Shown: positions 56,900-64,000 of the stretch, in pieces
Layout of the letters: the number at the start of each line of letters is the position of its first letter
Numbering within the stretch: the stretch's first letter is position 1
Assembly (NCBI GenBank): GCA_963722145.1
Contig: CAVRLW010000005.1
Location: 70,773-134,772 of the forward strand
DNA: 64,000 nt
Direction of reading: 5' to 3'
DNA from: an uncultured Actinomycetota bacterium
GTDB lineage: Bacteria > Actinomycetota > Actinomycetes > Actinomycetales > Micrococcaceae
Translations under genes and position numbers: made by a program
The notes under the pieces: generated by a model
Database searches by the model: none
What the model was told of the DNA's origin: nothing
The model's input: only the letters and a program-made list of their open reading frames with translations

Positions 56900-58228
56900 A
56901 TGACCCAAGAAACTGCCGCCGCCACAACTGATGCCGTCCTGGACCGCGAGGAGACCATCTCCCGCGATGAACTCGAGGCGCTCCAGCTCAGCCGCCTGCA
57001 GCACACGGTGGCCTACGCCTATGACCGCGTCCCCCTGTACAAGCGCAAGTTCGACGAGGCCGGCGTCCACCCGACGGACCTGCGTGAACTCTCCGACCTC
57101 GCCAAGTTCCCCTTCACCACCAAGGAGGACCTCCGGCTCGAGTACCCCTTCGGCATGTTCGCCGTGCCGCAGCACGAGGTCGCGCGGATCCACGCCAGCT
57201 CCGGCACCACGGGGCGCGCCACCGTGGTGGGCTACACGAAGAAGGATCTCGCCGACTGGGCCAAGCTCGTGGCCCGCTCGCTGCGCGCCTCCGGCGTCCG
57301 GCCTGGCATGAAGGTGCACAACGCCTACGGCTACGGCCTGTTCACCGGCGGCATGGGCGCCCACGCCGGCGCCGAGGCACTCGGCTGCACCGTCATCCCG
57401 ATCTCCGGCGGCCAGACCGAGCGCCAGATCACGCTCATCCAGGACTTCAAGCCCGACGCCATTCTGGCGACGCCCACGTACCTGCTGACCATTGCCGACG
57501 CCATGATCAAGCAGGGCATCGACCCGGCCTCGACGTCACTGAAGTACGCGGTCCTGGGCGCCGAGCCGTGGACCGAGGAAATGCGGCACGAGCTCGAAAC
57601 CACCATGAACCTCAAGGCCTGCGACATCTACGGCCTCTCCGAGGTCATGGGCCCCGGCGTCGCCGGCGAGGCCGTGGAAACGCAGGACGGCAGCCACATC
57701 TGGGAGGACCACTTCCGGCCCGAGATCATCGACGCCTTCGATCCCACGGTGGTGCTGGGCGACGGCGAACCGGGCGAGCTCGTCTTCACCTCGCTCACCA
57801 AGGAAGCGCTGCCGATCATCCGGTACCGCACCAAGGACCTCACCAGGCTGCTGCCGGGCACCGCGCGTCCGGCGCACCGCCGCATGGGCCGGATCACCGG
57901 CCGCAGCGACGACATGATCATCCTGCGCGGCGTGAACCTGTTCCCGTCGCAGATCGAGGAGATCGCCCTGCGCATCCCCGAGCTCAGCCCGCACTTCCAG
58001 CTGGAACTCACCCGGCCCGAGGGTACGCGCATGGATCAGCTGACCGTCAAGATCGAGCGCCGCGACGCCGTCACGGTCGAGGGCGCCGCCACCGCCGCCA
58101 AGGTCCTGCAGCAGCAGATCAAGATCCATGTCGGCTCCTCCTGCACCGTCGACGTCGTCGAGCCCGGCTCGCTGGAGCGGTCCAACGGCAAGTTGCGGCG
58201 GATCTACGACATGCGCCCCAAGGGCTGA
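56900..58228 (+). CDS. paaK: Phenylacetate--CoA ligase
   Basis: HASSGTTG, YGYGLFTGG, DIYGLSE, RYRTKD, GRSDDM. Confidence 0.95.
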   Translation: MTQETAAATTDAVLDREETISRDELEALQLSRLQHTVAYAYDRVPLYKRKFDEAGVHPTDLRELSDLAKFPFTTKEDLRLEYPFGMFAVPQHEVARIHASSGTTGRATVVGYTKKDLADWAKLVARSLRASGVRPGMKVHNAYGYGLFTGGMGAHAGAEALGCTVIPISGGQTERQITLIQDFKPDAILATPTYLLTIADAMIKQGIDPASTSLKYAVLGAEPWTEEMRHELETTMNLKACDIYGLSEVMGPGVAGEAVETQDGSHIWEDHFRPEIIDAFDPTVVLGDGEPGELVFTSLTKEALPIIRYRTKDLTRLLPGTARPAHRRMGRITGRSDDMIILRGVNLFPSQIEEIALRIPELSPHFQLELTRPEGTRMDQLTVKIERRDAVTVEGAATAAKVLQQQIKIHVGSSCTVDVVEPGSLERSNGKLRRIYDMRPKG

Positions 58229-58259
58229 GTGACCATCCGATCGTGAGAAACTAGCCACT

Positions 58260-58865
58260 ATGCCCAGCACAGCAACCACCACGAAGCGCGGCCGTCCCGG
58301 CTATGACCAGCAGTCGGTGCTGGTGATCGCCGTCGACGTCTTCAACCGCCATGGCTACGATGCCACCTCGATGGGCATCCTTGCCGAGAACCTGGGCATC
58401 TCCAAGTCCGCGATCTACCACCACGTGCCGTCCAAGGGCGACCTGCTGAAGCTCGCCCTGGACCACGCCCTGGGCGGGCTCGAGGCGATCCTGGACCAGC
58501 CCGGCGCCACCTCCGGTTCGGCCGATGCCCGGCTGGAGTTCGTGGTCCGGCAGACCATCTCCGTGCTGGTGGAGCGGTTGCCCTTCGTGACGCTGCTGCT
58601 GCGCCTGCGCGGGAACACGGAGATCGAGCGGGACGCGCTGGAACGGCGCCGCGCCTTCGACCACAAGGTCGCCGCCCTGATTTCCGAGGCCCGGGATGAG
58701 GGTTCGCTCCGCCAGGACATCGATCCCCGCACCGTCACCCGCCTGCTGTTCGGCACCATCAACTCGATCGTGGAGTGGTACAAGCCCGGCGGCTCGCTGT
58801 CCCCGGAAAAGCTGGCCGACGACGTCATCACCATGGCGTTCCACGGCCTCCACGTCCCCAACTAG
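58260..58865 (+). CDS. paaR: TetR family repressor of paa genes (PaaR-like)
   Basis: HTH GISKSAIYHHVPSK; directly follows paaK. Confidence 0.8.
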   Translation: MPSTATTTKRGRPGYDQQSVLVIAVDVFNRHGYDATSMGILAENLGISKSAIYHHVPSKGDLLKLALDHALGGLEAILDQPGATSGSADARLEFVVRQTISVLVERLPFVTLLLRLRGNTEIERDALERRRAFDHKVAALISEARDEGSLRQDIDPRTVTRLLFGTINSIVEWYKPGGSLSPEKLADDVITMAFHGLHVPN

Positions 58866-58885
58866 GAGAAGCTTCCCCACCTCCC

Positions 58886-58927
58886 GCAGAATCTCATTGA
58901 CTGCGCAGAATTTCATTGACTGTGCAG
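58886..58927. repeat. 19-bp intergenic tandem repeat
   Basis: GCAGAATCTCATTGACTGC / GCAGAATTTCATTGACTGT / GCAG. Confidence 0.75.
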
Positions 58928-58950
58928 GGCACCCGGGCCACGCTGTGAGG

Positions 58951-59814
58951 ATGGCCACCAGATTATCGAAGGTGCTCATGGGCGCTTTCCCCCAGTTGCG
59001 TTACGAACCCACTGCCAAAAGGATCCGTGCAAGCTTCGGCGGAAACGTCGTCGTCGATACGATGCAGGCTTGGCTGGTTTGGGAACCTAGGCGGGTCACT
59101 CCCATTTTTGCCGTGCCGGAGCAGGAACTGTTGGCGGAGCTCGCCCCGGCGGCCCTGCCGGCGGCTTCTGTCCAGGAGCACGCCTTCGCCGTCCGGCAAG
59201 GCGAGCCGCCGACATCGCTCGACCCCGGAACGAAGTTTGGCAGGCACACCTGTGCCGGCGAGGAACTCGACGTCGTGACGGCGGCGGCAACGGTTCCCCG
59301 GGCAGCCTTCCGGCCCGAGGACCCGGACCTGGCCGGCTATGTGGTGCTGGATTTCACCGCCTTCGACTGGCTCGAGGACGATGAGGAGATCATCGGCCAT
59401 CCACGCGATCCGTTCCACCGCGTTGATATCCGCGCGTCGTCCGCGGACGTCGACGTGGCGCTCGACGGCGTGACGCTCGCCAAGACGAACGGCGCGCAGC
59501 TGCTCTACGAGACGTTGCTTCCGGTGCGGTACTACATCCCGCCGTCGGATGTGCGGCTGGATCTGATGGAGGAGAGCCCCAAGCGGACCGTCTGCCCGTA
59601 CAAGGGCCAGGCGAGCTATTGGAGCTACCCGGAGTCCGGGCAGGGCAGGAATGTCGCGTGGAGCTATGACCGGCGCTACCGCGACGCCGCCCAGATCCAC
59701 GGCCTCATCAGTTTCTTCAATGAAAGAGTGGACCTGAGGGTCAATGGCGTACTCCAAGACCGCCCCGTGTCGCCGTGGTCCCGCCCGGACGGACCGGGGG
59801 CACCTCCGGGATGA
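58951..59814 (+). CDS. Tandem DUF427 domain protein
   Basis: HPRDPFHRVD, ETLLPVRYYIP, CPYKGQASYW. Confidence 0.85.
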   Translation: MATRLSKVLMGAFPQLRYEPTAKRIRASFGGNVVVDTMQAWLVWEPRRVTPIFAVPEQELLAELAPAALPAASVQEHAFAVRQGEPPTSLDPGTKFGRHTCAGEELDVVTAAATVPRAAFRPEDPDLAGYVVLDFTAFDWLEDDEEIIGHPRDPFHRVDIRASSADVDVALDGVTLAKTNGAQLLYETLLPVRYYIPPSDVRLDLMEESPKRTVCPYKGQASYWSYPESGQGRNVAWSYDRRYRDAAQIHGLISFFNERVDLRVNGVLQDRPVSPWSRPDGPGAPPG

Positions 59815-59916
59815 GCGCAGGCCTGGACAACAGAAGGGGCGCCCCGCTGAGCCGGAGCGCCGCGCTTCTGTCCACCCTGATCTTGTCCCCCCGAATTTCC
59901 AGGGCTGGACCGGACC

Positions 59917-60324
59917 TCAGAGCTGGTAATCAGCTGCCGTGGTGATGTTCTCGTGCACGCAGAGAATATTGTGCTCGGAGTCCATGAACCAGGCGCACTT
60001 CTCTGAATCGGTTGTACAGATGTGGTTTTCGGTCTTGAGATCCGGGCGATCGTAGTCCTGGAACATGACGCCCTTGGCTTCCATTTCCTGGACCGTGCGT
60101 TCGATCTCGCTGACTTCGAAACTCAGGGTGGTGTGCTCTGAGTGCTTACCATCCTTGACTGGCATCAGCTGCAGCATCGGGCCGTCGCCGCTGCCAAATA
60201 GTTCACTTCCGTCGTCTGCCACTCCCCTGTGCGGGAGGCCGAGCGTCTCGGCGTAGAAACGCCGGGCGCGTTCTGCATCATCGACTGGCAGGACCGTTGT
60301 GGCTTTGTTGAGTACTAGGGTCAT
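59917..60324 (-). CDS. VOC/glyoxalase family protein
   Basis: LPVDDAERARRFY..LGL, AWFMDSEHNIL. Confidence 0.85.
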   Translation of the reverse strand: MTLVLNKATTVLPVDDAERARRFYAETLGLPHRGVADDGSELFGSGDGPMLQLMPVKDGKHSEHTTLSFEVSEIERTVQEMEAKGVMFQDYDRPDLKTENHICTTDSEKCAWFMDSEHNILCVHENITTAADYQL

Positions 60325-60425
60325 TTCGCCACCTCCTACGAGCAAGATTTTACGCCGGAGCGTGGTGGAAAGAGCCTGCAATTTGCGCCCTGAACAGGCG
60401 ATGCTTCACGGGATGACCCCCTTCC

Positions 60426-60818
60426 TCAGCGGGCTGCGTGGGAGCGCGGAACCGGGCGATAGTAGTCAGTCAGGAATCCGGCGAGGAGACCGCCCAGGAC
60501 CAGCACCAGCGCCGGCCAAAGTCTTATCGGGCCAACGACGTCGCGGATATCGACCCTCAGGAACGGCAGAAGAAGCATCGAGACGGCTCCATAGATGATT
60601 GCCAGCACCAGTCCGATCTTGATGATGGTTGCCCCCTGTGATCGCATCTTCGTCTTGGGAAACTGCTTCGCGTAATCCTGCGCGGTACCGAAGTCGTCTT
60701 CAGCCGGAGTCCCTGTGGCGCTCTCGTGAGCGCGGACTTCGTCCAGGGTCTCGGCGATCTCATCTTCCGAGAACCCGCGGATGCGCAGGTTGAAAGCCAG
60801 GTCTCGTGCGTAGCTCAT
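60426..60818 (-). CDS. PadR-associated membrane protein (HAAS-like N-terminus)
   Basis: IAETLDEVRAH...FGTAQDYA followed by two TM helices; coupled to padR. Confidence 0.75.
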   Translation of the reverse strand: MSYARDLAFNLRIRGFSEDEIAETLDEVRAHESATGTPAEDDFGTAQDYAKQFPKTKMRSQGATIIKIGLVLAIIYGAVSMLLLPFLRVDIRDVVGPIRLWPALVLVLGGLLAGFLTDYYRPVPRSHAAR

Positions 60819-61159
60819 GCTTGTTCCTGTCGAGTTGCTCGGATCTCGGTGAGGGTTTCGTTCATGCGCTGCCAGGCTGCTGCCGAGCGCTGCAGCTCGT
60901 TGCGGCCTGGCTCAGTGATCGCGAACTGCTTTCGTCCAGGGCCGGACTGGTCATGCTGCCATGTGTGCTCGACGAGGCCCTGGTCCTCCAGTCTCTTCAG
61001 GAGGGGATACAGCGTTCCGCCCTTGATGCGGACGAAGCCGTGTTGCCGCAGAAATTCCGCGATGGCGTAGCCATGGCTTTCCCCGTGGCTGAGCACGGCC
61101 AGCACTGCCTGCGGAAGCGCCGCACGGGCCAGCTCCGGGTTCCCATCGTCCTCATCCAT
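60815..61159 (-). CDS. PadR family regulator
   Basis: HGYAI, GGTLYPLLKRLE, RKQFAITEPG. Confidence 0.92.
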   Translation of the reverse strand: MDEDDGNPELARAALPQAVLAVLSHGESHGYAIAEFLRQHGFVRIKGGTLYPLLKRLEDQGLVEHTWQHDQSGPGRKQFAITEPGRNELQRSAAAWQRMNETLTEIRATRQEQA

Positions 61160-61247
61160 ACCTAGATAGTGTCACGACTTAGCTCGCCGGGCAACCCACT
61201 TTCCTGAACCAGAACCGAGGTGCTGTTTTCCTCCGTTAAACACGACA

Positions 61248-61290
61248 CGGTCGTTGCAACTCCCAAAAATTCTGGGTGTTGCAACGACCG
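61248..61290. terminator. Hairpin downstream of paaZ
   Basis: CGGTCGTTGCAAC / GTTGCAACGACCG 13-bp stem. Confidence 0.6.
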
Positions 61291-61327
61291 CTGGAGCCTT
61301 AGGGGCGTGAGGGAGCGCCGGGAGGGG

Positions 61328-63432
61328 CTACTTCTCCACGAGGGTCAGGACGTCGTAGGTCGCCACGATTTCGTCGTCCTGGTTGGTCAGGACGGCGTCC
61401 CAGGCCACCTCGCCGTACTCGTCGGTCTCGCGCGGGGTGATCTTCTTGGCCGTCAGGGTCACGCGGATGGAGTCGCCCGCGGCCACCGGGGTGATGAAGC
61501 GCAGGCTCTCCAGGCCGTAGTTGGCCAGGACGGGGCCCGGTGCGGGCTCCACGAACAGGCCGGCGGCCCAGCTGAGCAGGAGGTAGCCGTGCGCCACGAT
61601 GCCCGGGAAGAACGGGTTGGCCGCGGCGGCTTCCTGGTTAGTGTGCGCGTAGAAGGTGTCGCCGGTGGAGTTGGCAAACTTGGTGATTTCCTCCAGCGAG
61701 ACCTCTCGCAGCTCCGAGCGGATGGCGTCGCCGATGTGCAGCGTGGCCAGGGACTTCCGGAACGGGTGCTGGCCCTCGGTCTCGAGCGTGAAGTTGCGGT
61801 CTGCACCGGTGTGCCAGACGCCGGTGACGGCGGTGAGCATGTTGGGTGAGCCCTGGATTGCGGTGCGCTGCATGTGGTGCATCACCGAGCGGATGCCGCC
61901 GAGCTCTTCGCCGCCGCCGGCGCGGCCGGGGCCGCCGTGGACCAGGTGCGGGACCGGGGAGCCGTGGCCGGTGGAGCTGCGGGCGTCCTCGCGGTTGAGC
62001 ATAAGCACGCGCCCGTGGTGGGCCGCGATCCCGGTGACCAGCTGCTGCGCGACGGCGGGATCGTTCGTGCAGACCGAGGCGACGAGCGAGCCGCCGCCGC
62101 GGGCGGCGAGGCGGACGGCGTCGGCCAGGTCGGTGTAGCCAATCACCGAGGACACCGGGCCGAAGGCCTCGAGTGAGTGGACCTCCTCGGCCTCCGGGTT
62201 GGCCCAGCTCAGCAGGATCGGGGACATGAAGGCACCGCCGTCAAGGACGCCGATACTGCCGTCCGCGCTGGTGACTTTCGGCGCATCGAGCGTGCCGTAG
62301 GCCAGCTCCCCGCCGGCGTCGAGCATGGACTGGACGGCGGCGCGCACGTCGGCGAGCTGCTCGAGGGAGGCCAGGGCGCCCATCGTGACACCCTCGGCGC
62401 GGGGGTCACCGAGCACGACGCGTTCGCGGATGCGGTCCCCCACGGCGGCGACTGACGTCGGCGACCAGGTCCTGCGGCACGATGGCGCGGCGGATGGACG
62501 TGCACTTCTGGCCGGCCTTGGCGGTCATCTCGGTGACGAGGGACTTGATGAAGGCGTCGAATTCCGGCGTGCCCTTGACGGCATCCGGGCCCAGGATCGC
62601 GGCGTTGAGGGAGTCGGTCTCGGACGTGAAGCGGACGCCGCCCTTCACCACATTGTCGTGGGACTTGAGCGCATTGGCGGTCTGAGGCCGAGCCGGTGAA
62701 GGCCACGAGGTCGCGGTAGTCCAGGTGGTCCAGCAGGGTGCGGACGGAGCCGGAAATCAGCTGCAGCGAACCTGTGGGCAGGATGCCGGATTCGTCGATT
62801 GCCTTGACCACTGCGGCGGCCACGTACCCGGTGGGGGTGGCCGGCTTGACGATCGTGGGCACGCCGGCGAGGAAGGCCGGGGCCAGCTTCTCGAGCATGC
62901 CCCACACGGGGAAGTTGAAGGCATTGATCTGCACGGCGACGCCGGGGATGCGGGTGTAGATGTGTTCACCGGCGAACGAGCCGTCCCGGGACAGCACCTC
63001 CATGGGGCCGTCCACCACCACTTGGGAGTTGGGCAGTTCGCGGCGTCCCTTGGACCCGAAGGTGAACAGGACGCCGATCCCGCCGTCGATGTCGATCATC
63101 GAGTCGATTTTGGTGGCACCGGTCTGGGCCGAGAGCGCGTAGAACTCCTCACGGCGGCCGTTGAGGTACTGCGCCAGCTCCTTGAGTTTGAGCGCGCGCT
63201 GGTGGAAGGTCAGCGTGCCAAGTTCCGCCTGACCGGTGGTGCGGCCGTAATCCACGACGGCGGCGAGGTCGAGCCCCTCGGTGCTCACCTTGGCCAGGAG
63301 CTCGCCGGTGCTGGCGTCCAGGACCGGCGCCGCGCCGGCGGCGGAGGCGGCGTCCGGAGTCCACCAGGAACCCCGGATGAAGCTGGGAACGATCTCGACA
63401 GTGTCTACCGTGGGTGCGGCTGTGGTGGTCAT
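61328..63432 (-). pseudogene. paaZ: Bifunctional oxepin-CoA hydrolase/aldehyde dehydrogenase PaaZ with two +1 frameshifts (about 62683 and 62453)
   Basis: ALDH motifs INAFNFP, KPA, FTGS, ETDSLN, GQKCT and EAFGP plus a C-terminal MaoC domain, spread over three frames. Confidence 0.85.
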
Positions 63433-63480
63433 CGTTGACGGGTCCTTCCAACGGGGGAGCAAGATCAACACGGCCGGAAC

Positions 63481-63504
63481 ATTACTGACCGTCCGTTCGG
63501 TAAT
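63481..63504. promoter_or_regulatory. Putative PaaR operator between paaZ and the divergent thioesterase
   Basis: ATTACTGA-N8-TCGGTAAT near-perfect palindrome. Confidence 0.75.
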
Positions 63505-63598
63505 ATGATCTAGAGTACATGAATGAGGCCTGTCGCACACTAGCCGCGGCGGCACCGACCGTCCGGGCCCACAGCCGGCCGGCAACAAAGGAGACGCT

Positions 63599-64000
63599 AT
63601 GACGCCCGAGACCGGCAGCACCGAATTGTGGAAGATCACCCTCGGCGAACTCGACGAGAAGATGGGCGTGAAGATCGTCGAGGAGTCCGTGGACCGCGTG
63701 GTGGCAACCATGCCAGTGGAGGGCAACCGGCAGTCGTTCGGGCTGCTGCACGGCGGCGCCTCGCTGGCAGTGGGCGAGGCCGTCGGCTCCTGGGCCGCCG
63801 TCATCCACGCCAGCACCCTGGGCAAGACAGCTGTGGGCGTGGACGTCTCGGCCACGCACCACAGATCGGCCCGCGAGGGGCTGATCACGATCACGGCGAC
63901 CCCCATCCACCTGGGCGGCACCCTGACCACCCACGAGGTACTGATCACCAACGAGGCCGGCCAGCGGCTCTGCACGCTGCGGATCACCAACCTGCTGCTG
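63599..64000 (+). CDS. Hotdog-fold thioesterase (PaaI/YdiI family), runs off the right edge
   Basis: AAGGAG RBS; MTPETGS...GNRQSFGLLHGGASLAVGEAVGS...THHRSAREG. Confidence 0.85.
   Translation, partial: MTPETGSTELWKITLGELDEKMGVKIVEESVDRVVATMPVEGNRQSFGLLHGGASLAVGEAVGSWAAVIHASTLGKTAVGVDVSATHHRSAREGLITITATPIHLGGTLTTHEVLITNEAGQRLCTLRITNLLL

Noticed and set aside
62440-62700. Programmed ribosomal frameshifting in paaZ
   Set aside because: No slippery heptamer, and two successive shifts would be needed.

Overview
High-GC actinobacterial chromosome segment; gene content and order point to Micrococcaceae (Arthrobacter/Pseudarthrobacter-like, inferred). Left to right it holds: the end of a sulfate-assimilation cluster (cysH, sulfite reductase, sirohydrochlorin chelatase); a menaquinone region (polyprenyl synthase, menJ, menG, menF, menD, menC) interrupted by a polar amino acid ABC transporter, an AbiEi/DUF559-like gene (a second such gene lies just outside the region), an arginyl-tRNA synthetase and PhoX; a branched-chain 2-oxoacid dehydrogenase operon with its Lrp regulator; and a phenylacetate catabolic regulon split into three blocks (paaABCDE plus an enoyl-CoA hydratase; paaI-paaK-paaR; paaZ), each preceded by a shared 24-bp palindrome. 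A ~13 kb accessory stretch (39.1-52.5 kb) contains frameshifted or decayed genes, arfB, two LCP proteins and oligopeptidase B. It also contains the most striking locus, a two-gene operon at 47681-50929. The first gene encodes an acidic, signal-peptide-less protein with a short leader and two ungapped 77-aa beta-rich repeats. The second encodes an RRE/PqqD-like + M50 intramembrane zinc protease whose C-terminal domain carries Cys-substituted copies of the partner's repeat motif. I infer a leader-processed, templated surface fibre (functional-amyloid-like) system, which is untested. I saw no rRNA, tRNA, CRISPR array or transposase. Assignments come from motif recognition without database searches.
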